A stretch of DNA of 64,000 nucleotides, from NCBI GenBank assembly GCA_000708835.1, contig DF236980.1:62001-126000 (forward strand), in the 5' to 3' direction. Each line of letters begins with the position of its first letter. Positions within the stretch are counted from its first letter, which is position 1. This document shows, in pieces, positions 40,495 to 59,989 of this stretch. The notes under the pieces are model-generated. The model saw nothing but the letters and a program-made list of their open reading frames with translations, did not search any database and was not told where the DNA came from. The DNA comes from Klebsormidium nitens. Its lineage: Eukaryota > Plantae > Klebsormidiophyceae. The position numbers and the translations under genes were made by a program.

Positions 40495-43400
40495 CTAACC
40501 ACGAAAACCGGGCCCGCCCAAACCAGGGCCGAGCGAGGGACCGTTTGACACCGGACTAGTACTCCCATTACCGACGCTTTCATCGGGCCTCTTGAACATA
40601 CTTTTGCTGGACACTAATCGCGGGGTAGACAGACTGCTGAGAGCCATGTTGGCGGAAAAGATCGAGGAAGGGGTCATTTCGTTGCCGCCCAGAGTGACGC
40701 CGCTGAATGCTGACGTCACGCCGTCCTCGAGCGGGAGATCTTCCAGCGTGTACGAGGCCTGCTGGAGCACCTTCAAAATCTCTTTGCACCGCCGGCGCTT
40801 CTGGGCAACCTCCTCGCGCTCTTGCAGAACCTCGTCGAACAAGGTTTCCCTGTAGGAAAGAAGAAGGAAAGTATTGTGGAGCTGTTTACATGCACCAGTC
40901 CTAACCATACAGGTTGACACAATGTAATCGACGAAGGAGCGTCGGCGAAGCTGTCTACACGCACCACTTGCATCAAACAATACCTTTCTACACTCTTTGG
41001 AAAAAGGTACGGCTTTCTCTAGCGTCGATATGTCCATCGTTACCCCAAGAAAGTGGCCAAGCTTTTTGGGACCTAAACACAGAAACACACAGACAATCCT
41101 TACCGGTATAGCTTCCTGATGAACACGCTGTGCAGCTCCCGCTTCACGTGGTTCACCTGCAAACGAGGGCGGACACACTCCTTAGAAGCTCCTGAATGCA
41201 GTCACTGCAGAACCGGGGGTCAAGCAGAAGCACTCTTTTGAGACGTTTCACTTCCTTCAAAATCGTATGAAATAGTGGCTACGGGCTCATCGACAAGTCT
41301 GGTGAGAACAGCGGCTGAACTCAAGAGGTCTGCCGCCCCAAGCTATCCGATCTAACGAGCAGTACCACCTGTCCAAAGCTGCATCAGGCTCCACGAAAGG
41401 GGGTTGATGCAGTAAGAAGCAATCAAGCAGCGCTCTCGAAAGAAGCGAGGTGCCTCACCAGGAAGTGCATGATCGCCTTCGGCACTTGGTCTTGGATGTT
41501 CTTGCGGACGATGTCGTAGTACGACTTGAGGAGGACACGTGTCACCGCGATCTCGATCGTCTCCTGCTCGGTGGCCGCATCCGCCGCTCGGAGAACTTGA
41601 GGCGGCTGCAAAAACAAAGTCCGTACTCAGAAGTCGATCGGCGTCTGATAAACGAAGGCGACGGAAAAGAGGACCAAGAGGGAAAGAAGCTGGAAGCAAG
41701 GGGGCCCCAGAAAATAATGAGAGGAGGAGCATGGCAAACGGGAATGTAGATTCATTGTCAAGACCTGGAGATAGATGCGGAATCTCCAGAAACGGGGTTG
41801 AATGGACAAGCTCTGGATTGAGCCATTGGCGTCACCTCTCGGATGGCCGAAACGGCCGACGAGGCGCTAGGGCGATTCGGAACCGCAAACGGAAGAAAAT
41901 TTTGTCTGGCCGTCCTGTCTTGCAAAACGTTCATTCGAAAGATCAGCGCTCTTCCGTTCAATCGACCACAGGGAGAGAAGTGACTGCGAAACATAACCAG
42001 TGAACGCTACTCTGTCAATCTGCTTACCAAGGTCGAAAAAGGACCCTACCTCTTTCAGCCGGACGCTGACGAGCGGCTCGGACCCAATCATGGTCTCCGA
42101 GAACACCCGCGTGCTCGTGATCTCTCCCCTCGTCCGCTCCGTGTGGAAGATAGACGTGATGCCCCACCCGCCTGCGTTAAGACCGTTGCTACCTGACAAA
42201 GAAACGCGTGGAATCAGCTCAACCGCGCTGGTTGTACTTTTAAAAAGAGTTGCAGAAACGGTGCCTCTCCAAGCAGTTTCCAAGAAACAATGCAGCCAGC
42301 AACTTCTTTTGGAGAGAAGAATGCCTTTGAAAAGGCGTCCTGCTTTCTTGGCGTCATGTGACCAGAAGTTGCGACTCACTCGACGTAGAGGCCCTCTCTG
42401 CGGACGTGTTGTTTTCGCTTGATCGCCGGCTCTGCAAAATAGACGACAACTCGTGACCACACTGAAAGCCAACACTGAAAACCAAGCCCAAGCTTGTAGT
42501 ACAGCGTCTAGTTTTGGCGCCAGTCACCGTGTTGGCAGCAAATATCTCGAAGCTAATTATCCTCAAGGTTTGCGCCGGTTGGAAGGTAGAAACTTCAAGA
42601 GAAGACGTCTGGAACATGAGAAAGAGAGCCCGATAACGCCCGGTGGGCTTACGAAATCGGGCGGAGGAGTTTTGGATCGAGAAAGAATGCCCCGTGCCTT
42701 TGTCCCCTTGTCCGGAACAGCCAGCCTGTCTGCTCCGGAGTCCTTCCATTCCGAAGCTTCCTGCAGATGGAAACCGAGCACGTTGAGGCGTCGTTCAAGC
42801 GAGCTTCTCCAAAACATTGAACGTAACCTTTGAACGATGATGTATTGAGCGAACCTTGTTACGAGCCATCTAAGCACAGAGGGGGAGCACAAAAGGACTG
42901 TTTAGGGATGGATGGTGACAAAAAACAAACAAGCGGATTCCAAACACAACTGTATTACGAGCTGGTTCAACGCCACTGCAATCACATGGTCGCTCGAAAA
43001 ATGAGAACAACTTTCTCAGAGAAATGGAGGAATTGAATTACCTTCGAGCTTCGTCGATCCTGCAGCGCCATCTCCACAGCTTTGCTGCCTCCCACGAAGC
43101 TTGGATGCGATGTGTTGATGTAGTCCATCTGCAGCAGTAAGCACCGGTCAGAGACAACGGAAGCAGGTCATTGCTGGCAAAGAACTCCAAAGCCGACGAG
43201 GAAGAGAGCCAAGCTTCGATAAAGCAGAATAGGATGGTTTGTAGCTTCAGCCTCGGGATGTGGCTTCAACCAATCCGTAAACGAAGGAAGCATCTTCTGG
43301 AGGTTTGCCCTAAAATAAAGCCGCAACTTATACGCGGGATACGCTTTATGCACAGATACTCTGATGTCTACTCTAGTGTGCCATCTGCGCTCCTTTTCCG

Positions 43401-46400
43401 CATTCATCGATAAGGGGCTTCAAATAATCAGATTCCTCTGCACCATCCAAAGAGAAGAAAAACAAGTCCTCATCACCTGGTGGAACCTCACTAGGTCTGG
43501 AGCCGCACTTGTGATCACAACCAGTAACAAACGAGAAGGACAACGAAAAGGACCGCACAATGACTTACCTCCATCTCGATGAGGTGCCCAATCATGGTCT
43601 CAGCAGGTATGAGTCCCTCTCTCAAAAAGTTTGACACGACGTCATCGACGCGGCGCCGCAGCACTGGGAAGCGCTGGAGCTCCAGGGTTTCACAGCGGTG
43701 CGAGATCTGCCAAAAGCAAGAGTAGGTCGCACTCATGAGCAGCAGAGGCAAGCAAACGCTTAAAAAAGTGGACGTGTTTTAGCTGGACGGAGGTCGATCT
43801 CAATCTCGCTGTGAAAAGCAAACGAGACGATAGTGGTTTGGAATACAGACCATGTAGCCATGATTGTGTGAGTGAAGGTAAACGTTGTGTGCATGTTTTG
43901 GACGTGCCCAGTCCGCAGGTAAAGTCGCAAACGTGCCCGCTCAACAGTGGTGAACTGATGGAGAATGTGGTAACGGCGAAAACATCATGATTCTCGACCT
44001 ATTAAGGGGATGATCCGTGAGCTCGGGGTTGAGCAGACGTAACGACCAGGGGAAGGACGTAGCTAACAATCTAAACCAGAGGGGATGCGCTATGCAAGCA
44101 CACCAGCCGAAGCCTGGACCGACCAGATCCACCTGTTCCCCGGGCTTTGACTCTGCTCAAACGCTTTTGTCTGTAGTGTTATGCAGTAAAACCGTCAGCA
44201 AAATAGACTTCAGGGCGAGGAGCTTTACCTTCACAAGCTCCTCATACACAAAGCGCGCACACTGCAGGGACGGCTCCAGCAGGCGAGCAATCTGCCTCCG
44301 GACGAGCATCTCGAACGGAACCTGGAACGAGACGGCAAAAGAAGCGGACAAGGTTGGTCGGACGCAATCAGCAGTTGGGACACCCATGCTGGGCACATCG
44401 TGAACTACTCCTGCGATTCGTCTATGTTAAGCACGTGCTTACAACGACCCGGTTCTAGGCTGATTGGAGAAGGAAAAATCAGGAGGCGGAAGCTAGAAAA
44501 GGCAATTCAAGGATCATAAGCAACTGACTCAACGTCAATCTGACAACTAAATGAACGTCCCACTCAAAATCTTCGGGTCTTTTGTACTAACGTGGCTCAA
44601 AAGATAGACAGCCAGGAGGAAGAGCGGTCCGTACCTCTGGCACAAAAAGAACGCTGCGCGGGCCTGTTGCATTCTGAATCGCCGTTCGGATGTCCTCATC
44701 CGAAAGATCGTCGCAGGGGTCGACATCCTGACAAGCAGCAAAAGGGTCAGGCTACGGTGCATGCTTTGTTGATTCAGGGAGCTGCAAGATCTTGATTCTA
44801 AGATACCTCGTCGGGTTGGAAGAGGGCAGCGTTTTAGCAACAAGGCCCGTCACGATTCTTGACTTCCAAGCTATCATTCTTAGCATCGAGAAATTGTTGG
44901 AAGAAGCGGCTCCAGACAAACCACAACGGGGTGTTGGTACGTTGACATAGCAAACGAGCACGGGATTGCAATTGCATGGGGATACCAGATGGATAAGTGA
45001 GGCCGACTATCAACGCCTCCTCTAATTACGGACGCAACTCGATGCAACACTATCAAAACTCACACAAGACATGTCGGTACAGGATCCTCCGTTCTAAAAT
45101 GTTAGACGCCCTTCGCCAGTCTCCCAGACAAAGAGACTCGCAGAAAGGCTCACCTCAAGACTCTTCACGAAGATCGCCTGGAATATATAATGGATGCGGG
45201 CCCCTCCAGATAACTCGTGAGTTGACATGTTCTCGTTTTTGCCATCCACAGTCTCTCCGAATGCTGCAAAAGACGAACATGATGTCAAAATCGCAGAGCC
45301 GTATTATCAGCACATCGTCTTCCTTCCACGCTTTGAAAGGGAGCTCTTCTTGCAAGTGAATAAACAATTGTGAATCATCCGACTCTGTCAACCAGAAAAC
45401 AGAAAGGAGCCGGCGAAACTTACACTTCGAGTACCGTGTGAGAATGTTGAGAAGAAGCGCGCCTTGGCCAGACTGCAGGCAACATGATCAGGAAAGTTAA
45501 GAGTAACTTCGGGAGGTTATCTCGCTTAGAAGCTTGTGGCATTGCATCCCTTGGACTCGTTTGTCTTTGTCAAGCAAAGGACGGATAGAAACAGCCACTG
45601 CTTCTCAGGCACGACTCAAGCAGCAACAAGATGAGGTTCTGTGCACCTACCTTGGACTCGGTGACCTCCCCGTACCCAACCAGTTCCTTCTGAAGCGTAA
45701 CAATCTGGGCGTTGATGCGTGCCCGAAGATCCGGTAGGATCGACTGAATGTGCTTGACAAGTATCTGCGAGGTTCAACCAGAGCAGGTCAACGACCTCCT
45801 CCACAACTGAAAAGCCTTCGCTTTTTTCAAGGAAACAACTCTGAGCTTGAACTGAAACACATTGAAAGCCTTGATGTTCTCGACAGGCAGGAGATAAAGA
45901 TGAGAAGTCGGTCAAGCAAAGCGATGTCGAACAATTTAACAAGGTTGCGCGGAGACATACCGCGTTCAGCTTGAGTGCGAGTTGCTGGATTCCGCAGCGG
46001 TCGGCGAGACTATGGTACACCTGCACAAGGACAAGGCATCAGACCCTGTGTCTAACGAAGATATCGGGATTGAAGCAGCGACGAGAGAGCACAACCTGGC
46101 TGCCAAAATCGTACCTACCAGAACGAAGGAGGTCTGAACAGGAACAAACTATGCAAACCTTTCCGAATCCTCAATCCAGAAATACCTCACCGGTCGGCTC
46201 CTGAAAAACTGCTCTTCATAAGACACGGCATCACGGATGCTCTTGTTAGAGTTGATGTCCTGCAAACGAAGATACCATACATTAAGCCATGGTCTTCTAA
46301 CAATTGAAGCTGTGAGTGGCATCTGCAAGAAACCAGCCAGTCGAAGCCAGCGGTGAAAACGCCAAGAGCTCGTGTGTGAAGAAACTGTTCTTGTTACCAC

Positions 46401-48161
46401 TTTTGCACACATACGGACCCTTGACCATTTTATATTCTGAAGGCCCGCTATCTTCACTGATAAGCCCAAAACTCGTCATCTATGGTTTTAAGAATGTTCA
46501 GAAAAACGCACCTCTTGGCTGCGGTTCACGACCCCAATGTATCCAAGCTTCAAAGGCACGACACTCCCCAAAAGGATGTTACGCGCGTCCGTGCCCCGGT
46601 CCATGATATCAAGCTGCACAGGGTGAAGAGGATTGTGGCATCAAACATACAATGACTACAGATGTTTATCACTTGCAGCAATGCGAGGGCTAACATGCAA
46701 AACTATTGGCGCCTGAAGATCAAACACTTCGCAACAACAGAGGCCTGATCTTCCAATGTACGTCCATTCGGCCAGCCTTTGCGCAGATTGAAGTGCTCTC
46801 ACCTTTGTAATAACGCCGATCGTCCTGGAACCTGTAAAAGCACGAAGATGCAGTACAAGAATAAGCCTTTGAAAATTGCTGGATGCCTGATCGACTGTCA
46901 CAGTAGCACCCAGGATGCGAAAAATCTTACTCGCAGACCAGACACCACCAGCAATGCGTGTGTGGATTCGCGAAGAATCTCCGGTTCTAATAAAAACCAT
47001 AGAGAAGGCTCACCGTCAGGATCAGCAATCCGCGCTATTTGCAGGGCATCCGAGTTTGACAGATCCGCATTGGCAGGGGAAACGGCCAGGATCAAGCACG
47101 TCGAGTGTTTGATGTAGGACAGGACCATGGTCCGAATGCGGGCCTCAATGTCTGTTGGCTGATCCCCAGTTGGCACTTTCGTGATGCCTGGCAGGTCTAC
47201 TAGAGTAATGTTGAGCTGCAAACACAGTAGCATCACCAGTAATCAGCGTCCGCCTAAGCGGTCTGCATGAAGTACTTTTTGGACCTAGGAAAAGGTGCAA
47301 CTCTCAAAGCTTCAGCGTCCTCAAAAGCAATGTTGCAGTGAAGTGCTTGGATGCTGCCTTCTGATTCGCCGAAAAGTCTCACCCAAGAAAAGTGGGTCAA
47401 CATTCATGATCAATGTTGCTGTCCATAGAGCAGACAAAAGTCTTCTAGGGTTCAGATGGACATACCACGTTTGGTGAAAAGATCTTCAGCCGAATCTGCT
47501 TTTCAGAGATGCCTCTGTTCACGCCACTCTCCCTGTCTGTCTCAGCCTGCATGAAGAAGTGGTGTCCTTAAACTTCCTGGAGATTGCCGACATGTGGTCT
47601 TCTCGGGCAAAGAATGGGCTCAGGAATCTATTAACGGCACAGTTTCATAACCAGTGCTGTGAGCAATCTTGCAAATATCAGAGTACTATTGGATCTTATA
47701 CTTGCAATAAGGGCCTGCTCAATGCACCGTACCTGTATCTCTTTCCGAATTGCTCCGAAGTCTGTGAATCGTCTGCCAGGGAGATGCAGAAACTCTCCCC
47801 ATTCCGCCACATCTCCTGCCCTGTCTGCATGCTCTCTCCGAACAGTCTGTACCAGTTGCAGTACAAGGGGTCGACGGGTACAGATGTCTTGACCCCTTGG
47901 CAAGAAGTCGCGACCAACTAGAGCTTCCAAGACGCTTGATTTCCCGCTGCTCTGACTACCAACGACAGCCACTTGAGGGAGATCAATGCTGGCAGCACCC
48001 GTTCCAAGCTGAGCGAATATGTCCTGAAGTTTGTTGACTAGAGGAATAACGGACTGGCCAAGGAAAGCGATTTGAGGCGCAGCTGGGGATGCGACAGAAG
48101 CATGAGAAGCTGTGTGTTGAGGAGAGGCGGCCGGCGACTGCGTCACAGCTGGCTGCGCCAT
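40495..48161 (-). CDS. DRP3: Dynamin-related protein DRP3 (mitochondrial/peroxisomal fission, Dnm1/Drp1 orthologue), multi-exon
   Basis: [111 protein letters not shown] and a GED region ([24 protein letters not shown]). Confidence 0.97.
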
Positions 48162-49723
48162 TTTGCATCCGGTAAGGATGGAAAATTTCGCTTGTCAGGA
48201 TGGGCAAAATGCTGATACAGTCAGAGACAAATCAGAATATCCAGCTTGATCCAAAAGACCAGACCACGAAGGCCGTTCCAAGCCAGACGGCAACTACGCG
48301 ACAGCCACACTGATATGCTCCAGAATTTCTGTCTGCCACAGGATGGCTCAACTAACGTGCTGTGACAGAACCATGCGAACAGGTGCCCGAAGGGTGCGAC
48401 ACTCTGGACTCTCGAGAGCTAGGAGCTCATGCAATTTGATCTGCAATGCCAGCGAAGGCGGCGTCCACCACCTCTTTCACGTGACTCAATGCGAGCAGTC
48501 TAGATGACGGTCTTGGCCTGAGTGAGCGCCGCGGCCCGCCTCATCGACTCTTTCAACGTTGAAATCTTGTAGTGGTTACCGGTACCTACTTCTGCCCGGG
48601 AGTCTCTGTGCCACAGTTAATCTAACCTGCCCAACCCTGCCTGAACCTCGCTTATCCGTGGGCAAACTGGATAGGTAGGTTTCCAAATTAACCCGACAGC
48701 TGATCAGCAGGAGAAGTGGCCCGGGGAGAACAGGTTGCGTAGCTGAATCTAATCAACGAAAACCTTTCCAAACCTCGGCGGGGCGACGCGGGGCGGGCCC
48801 GCGCGCGATCTGCCATTATATCTCGTTTTGATGCAGCCTTGCAAATTTGCTTTGGCGCCTGTGGGCGCAGCGACCCTGCTGCGTTTGACACGCAACCACG
48901 CTATTTCCAGCAACAGCTTTCTGCCTCAACTCTCAAGCACGTGAAGCTCGACATAAGCTCGCTTTGCATAATCAAAATCACAAGTCTAGAAAATATTTCG
49001 TCAAACATTAGGTGGTACAGAAGTGCTGAAGCTTTGCAAGCTTGAACGTACCCCTTGCAACAGAATGGGAGTTCTGACACCAGGTAGATTCGACTTCACC
49101 ATCTAGCATTCAGTAGTCAAAGTCGGGATATGGTGCAAAAGCGAGTGCAGCATGCAAGCGCTCCATCGAAACCTGCAGATACCGTCCCGGTCGTTAGTTA
49201 AAACGAACTCTGCTTCACCATCAACGTTTTTCGGCTCATCAGAGTCGGCAAATTTTTAATCTCATCTTCTGGCGCCCCAAGTAGACAAACAACCGAAGCC
49301 TGCAACCTGCAGCCAGTTATCCACTCAGAAAGCTCTCGATTGGTGGTGCTTCACACAGCTTTCTACTTTGGCGTTGTTTGAAAGTAGTGATTCAATAGTA
49401 GAGCAAGGACCAGAAGAACACGGAAAATCTTCGTGAAGATTTTTGGAGCTGGTCAATGTCACAATAGGAATCTCATCTTGTCATATTGCTTTAAAAACAA
49501 TTCTCCTGATCAAACAGTTCTAACGTCGTGGTTGCGTGGACCGATATTATGCACCTACATGAAGAACTCGTGAGATACGGCGAGGTGGAACTATGTAAGA
49601 TCTGGGAGCCGGGACTTCATGGTTTTTGCAGTCGAAGATTTTCGCAACGACTAGAGATGGATGACATAGTGTGGGGTACCGAAAATCCTGTTCTACTATC
49701 TCTGAGAAAAGCACACTTTCAAA

Positions 49724-50409
49724 ATGCGATGCGACTGCAAACCTCATCGATACGACTACTGCTGCCTATCACTGCAGCAAAGCAGATACTGTAAGGCCTG
49801 CTGGGGCTATCTGTAACTCTTACAAATGTTATGTTCGACCAATTCTATCATTGCTGGGCTAGTAAGCGACTTTCCAATGCCAACACCTTTCCGATACCTG
49901 ACTGTGTATGAACAATCCTGCTGGCAAGCAAGATGCAAGAACCAACTTATTAAGGAACAAGGGAGCATTCTTTCAAAGTTTGTTAAAAGTCTTTCAACAG
50001 ATGAGCATTGGAACCAGTGCTGTGAAATATCATCTTAATTTTCATTCGCTCGTTGCATTCCTTACAGCGAAGGAGAACGCCAAGAGGAGGAAAGCTGAGG
50101 CAAGGAAAAGGAGGGTGGCGAACTACCTCAACAGCTTCAATTGCTGGTATGCAGACATGGACAAGGCCTCGTGTTGATTTTTGCACCTGACATCAGAGAA
50201 AACACAGACGTCACTCTCGTTTTGTCAAAGTTTCTGATTGCGTTGCTTTTAGGTGAACGTGTCCCTTTGGTCACGTGTGTATCTCCGCTAATGTTGAGCA
50301 TGTAACTCTATGCAGGAACGGGTGCCTCGGCAGAAAGCTCAAAGAGGAAAAAGAAAACGGAGATATGGTGTACCACGAGTTGCAATCATTGAAAGCATGT
50401 GCAAATCAG
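49724..50409 (+). CDS. Possible small orphan spliced gene (49724-49790, 50068-50146, 50316-~50409), 3' end unresolved
   Basis: Two phase-consistent GT-AG joins give MRCDCKPHRYDYCCLSLQQSRYSKENAKRRKAEARKRRVANYLNSFNCWNGCLGRKLKEEKENG... No homologue recognised. Confidence 0.3.
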
Positions 50410-51761
50410 GTCTTCCTAACACTGATTGTGAGAGTTCACTAAGTCGCATTCAGAAAAAGAAAGCTTGAAGTTGCAGGATAGGATATCCAACAGCTTGTTA
50501 AAGGACACGAAATTTTTAAACAGCTCGTCAGGGCCCGCTACTCAAGGCGAAGGCGTTTCTGTATAAGCATCATTGACGGGGAGATTGTCCCGAGGTTTGG
50601 AGGTTGCTCTTGCTCCTTTTCCAGTATCTGTGGTGTTAGGGTCTAAGAAGCCTCGTTTGATCAGTTCATCACACGACTGATTTGGCACAAGGAGAACGCA
50701 GGGATGAAAGGGACTTCGAATGATCTAATAGTGGATGGCATACTGGAAGTTACTCGGGCAGCTTCCGAGGCCTTTGCATGCGTGCCAAGCAAGCTGCCTT
50801 TATTGCGTCAAGCATATCAGTCCCTGCGCTCCCAGGAGTCTGGTCTACTATAGTCTACTCGAGACACGGTGAAAACTTCAACTGGAAGAAGAGGTCCGGC
50901 ATATCCTCCGTCATATGCCAGAGATCTCAAGCAGTCGGCTTCCGCAATCACGTGGCTGCATGACTTTTGAGGTCCAATTGCATATATATCGTTCAAGCCC
51001 AATAAAGCCCAAGCATGCGCGTCGGGCCAGTTTGCAGCCAGCATCTGCAACCTACTAGATATACATACTTCCGCACTCGGCGTGCGCGCTGTTTCCCTGT
51101 TCCCCTTGGTTGGCCACATGCCCGGCCGAAAGTACGCGGAATCGAGCTAGCGACCAATGTTTGTTGGGCCGCCCCATGGGATCTGATCGAGTCCCATGTG
51201 ACGACGAATCGCGACCCCCTCATGCAACGAACATATGGCAGATGCAGTCATGGCCGCGAACGGCCGGCCGGTGAGACACCAGAACTTTGACAATAACGCG
51301 ATCCAAACCATTGGATTTGTTGATCGGATAACTGCCGTTTAAAAGGCGCGCGCCAAAACGACCTCCGGCCGGCCATTGTGACTCGCCGGGCCATGTACAG
51401 ATTTGCCGCGCAGTCCGCTTGATTGCGAAGCCACATGAGATCGACCATGCAACACTCACATTCACATGTCATTGCATGGATCCGCGGGATCATCAAGTCC
51501 TCTTCTTCTATACTAGAAAGAAGAATGCCATTTGCATTGACGGCATGCTCATGCAAGGCTTAGCCTAGGTATACACGGTCATCGTGACAGCAAACGGGAA
51601 ACACAGTGCCTCACGATGAAGCTCCCCTAAACGATCCGCCGGCAGAAAGCGCCTAGGCAAACCGGAATCGTGCTAAGAAGTTCGACCCATGCAACGGCCT
51701 AGAGGAAACCGGCTCTTGGCACTACTCAATTGCAACACGAATTGCAATCCGGTATACCCAA

Positions 51762-56508
<4,747 letters not shown>

Positions 56509-56962
56509 GCCAGACAAACCAGGCAGCGGCCACGTCCCTGACTTTATTGAATCCCTTCTCTCCAGCTTGTGTTCTACCTTTGCTGACCGCCAGCTTGCGC
56601 AATTCTGCCATTCACGGCGAGTTTGCGGCAGCCGTATGCTTAACCGGTTTTCCACCAAACCTAGTTGTGGGCTCGTAAGACCTCGGGTTTCGTAACCAAA
56701 GACACAAACCCTTCTGGCGAACTGGCTAGCAGCAAGCAGCCAAACAAAGCAGCGAACTCTCTTGCACTGGTGGCTGCTGTGCCAGATCGAGGCACATTGT
56801 CATCGAAGACTAGTTGTGAGGCGCTGGCATTGGCAAAAGTGCCAAAGCAAGGGGATCAGGAAACGCTTTCCAGGTTCATAGCAAGAGGGGATTGCCTCAG
56901 CAACAATCAGAGAGGGGCCGGACGCAAAGTAGCCTTCAGCTGCTCTCCGAGGGCGGCCTGGT

Positions 56963-58237
56963 ATGGCAGTCGAAAAGGTCCCTGTTCTCGGCCGCCCTCT
57001 GGGCCAGTTGGCATTTGCGGAGGCAAAGAGGAACTGGCCATTCATGCTCGGGTTTGCAGTCACATTGACGGGAGTCGTACAGTTGTCCTTGGCGCTTCCA
57101 AGTGAGCTCATCTCCGTCCTTGCCGCTAGTGCATTCTGATCTGCTGTCTGCAGGTAGAAGAAGGGTTACTGGCGAGATTTCAAGGAGTACACTTGCCGGA
57201 CTAGGTTTTGCATACTTTCTGAATCTTTTGCTGAGAGGAAGGAACCCCGCCCTCCTGTTGTAAGATCCTTGGAAAAAGAAATTCGACGTATTTTCTTGGT
57301 CTCCTGCGCGGTGGTGAGTCTCTGTTGTGGTTTTGAAGAACACATAACTGGTGAGACTTGTTCTGCATGTCTGCAAAAGGCTGCAGATTACGTCAAGCTG
57401 AAGCCTTATGTTATGGCCTCTTCTCTGAAGATAGCATCCCTTAAGTCGGAGCCACTAAGAGGAGAAAAGCAATCAACCCTCTGAGTGAAGGGCCTCCAAT
57501 CTTGGACCTGAAACCCTAATTCAATCCTACAACTGCATGAATCAAGTTGCATGCAATTGCAATCACCAAAGTCTCTGCTGTAATCTCCTGCGGTTTTCCC
57601 TTTAAATGTAGCTTTTGTGGTGTGTCTTCAGAGACAAAGAGCGCGCTTTGTATTGTCTCAAAGTGTCATTCTGCTTGAGGTTCAAGTGGTGTTGCTACGC
57701 TTATGATCATTGACACTCGCTGCACCACTTCCTTATGGCCACCATAGCACCTCCGTAAAATGTGGCCGGCTCAAATATCTTCGTCCTGCTGGTTGACAAA
57801 ATCTAACTTCCGTTTCTTCCATGCTGAGAAAGAGCATTTGGATAGCCTTTGATGTGGCAAATTCCCCTTGTCTGCTGAACTCAACCATATGGAGCTGTTT
57901 CTTGGGCCACTTTCTTCTGGAAGAGAAGCACAATTTGTCGAGAAGGTCCTATTGCAAGAGCTCCTATCGCGAAGCTCAGAGCTCCTGAGCATGACTCTCA
58001 GGCTTTTGAGATTTGAGTTCAGTACTTTTCAAGATGGGGCTTTCCGCATTTGAATTTACGTTGGCATGGGGTTCGTAACCAAAGGTTGTGGAAGGAACCA
58101 AGTTGAGGACGTTTCTGATCACTGCAGAGCTTTTCCGATTTGAACAGAGCGGCGTCCTGACATCTCCCTGATGCTTTCTTTCTGCAGAGGATGCTGCCCA
58201 GAAGAGTCCGTTTGTCAACCCAAATGCACACCGATGA
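56963..58237 (+). CDS. Mitochondrial ATP synthase 6 kDa subunit (plant-type), 62 aa; exons 56963-57101, 58188-58237
   Basis: The spliced product MAVEKVPVLGRPLGQLAFAEAKRNWPFMLGFAVTLTGVVQLSLALPKDAAQKSPFVNPNAHR* carries the KRNWPFxxGFAVT and KSPFV motifs of the family. Strong A|GTGAGC donor and TTTCTGCAG acceptor. Confidence 0.8.
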
Positions 58238-59989
58238 GTAACCAAGTTGCTGTTCAAGGAGCGGCTAGATTATTTGACGGAGCTGTGTAAGTTTTTGAGC
58301 ACCAGCAGAATGGAACGGTCAAATTTGACAGTCCCCACTTTGCCTGGACTGACCTGCTTCATATCCATTTTGAGCAAGCTAAGGCTTCCGTGGCCCTAGT
58401 GTGTCCCTAGTATGGACACTCCTGCTTGATTCAAAAAGAACGTTTGAAACAAGCAACGACCTAAGAATCATCATGAACGTTAACTGGTTCTTCGTAAGTC
58501 AATACCAAGATTGAAGTTTGTTGTCAGTGTTCCTTCTGATGCACATGAGCTCTGAACACATTGCGTTTTTGGCCAATGGTAATTAGTCACTCGGTGCAGT
58601 ATTTCGAGCTCATCTGCAATGACACGCCTCAGCTGATCCCGGCTATCAATAAGGCAGCAAACAGCACCTACCTCACCTTTCATGCACATTGTCTGATATT
58701 TCTAGACGGTGGCGGCCGCGAGCTACGTCGGTTCATTGTTGCCGCCGGTAGCATGGACATCATCAAATCACTGTGCGTGACATGGTGCATCGTAAGAGAA
58801 ACGAGTGATAATGATCAGTGAATTCATGGCGACTGACTCACTCATCACCGAGCACACTATATACAAGCGCGTATATGCTGAGTCCATGCATGCTCGACAT
58901 CCATTGCATGTGGCGCGGCAATCGAGAGAATCGACTCAGAATGCAGTTGAATGTTACACAAAGAACTTACTGAAAGAGCAAATATTTCTGAGCGGCCCCA
59001 AGCTACTGATTCGAGGCCGGCTTGATTGCAGCTTTATAACAGACGTATCTACACTCATATTGCACACTGCTCCTCGACAGACATGTTTACAATCATGTGC
59101 TTAATCAATTTCGGGCATACGAACTTCAAAGGGACCAGTTATGCTTATCCGCCAGCCGGGCCCTAAAAGCATGACTGGAATCCGACAACATCAGCGCATT
59201 CATGTACGCGACGATTGATCGGTGAGTAACACATGCACTTCAATCGTGCTCGTCCAACATTTATCTATCTACTCCGAGCACTACGATCCTCAACAACTAG
59301 CTGTCCAATATACCTCACCCGGCGCATTTGCAACCGTCCTTCTCAACCTCTAAAAGGTTAAAAGCTATTCGACCAGAGTTCACCGCACAGACGACTATCT
59401 CCAGACTCGTTTCCATCAACTCAACTCTAGCTACCTACTTGATACACAGGGGGCTAACCTACCAAGATCAGCAATCTAATCGTACAGGGCTGCTTTGCAT
59501 TGCTACACACGAGTGCCAGAATGTCTGGAGCTGCCAAGCGATCCCTCAGGCAGGATGTCGTCTGTGTAGAGTACACTGTTCACCTGAAGGGATTCGCGCC
59601 CGGCTTGCCTTTGACCCAACCTAGTCAGTCCGTCCGCTCTGAAGCTCTCAACAACTTTCTATGTAAAAACACTCCCCGGGCGCCCTTATTTGACCTGTTC
59701 CCGTCGAATGCCGTTTCGGGGGGAGCAATTTCTATGACAATCCCGACCCCCCTCCTTTTCCCCCGGGGCCTGGTTTGACTATTCCCCTCACAAGATCGTC
59801 TCAGCGGGCGCAGCCAAAACCTCCTGAGACTGACAAACAATCTATAAGTTATGCGGGCGCCAAGCGGGGCCCAGAATTATTTCACAGTGAATGCGGCGGG
59901 GGGGCTCCTGCTGGGCGTTCGTTGCCCCCCCGTGTCGATTACCTCGCGGCAATCTGTAAACCTGATCTCGCACTGGGCGACGTGGCCCT

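Noticed and set aside
51470-51520. GATCCGCGGGATC hairpin followed by CTAG, Helitron-like 3' end
   Set aside because: The stem is only 5 bp, the spacing is long, CTAG is followed by A rather than T, and no matching 5' TC end was identifiable.
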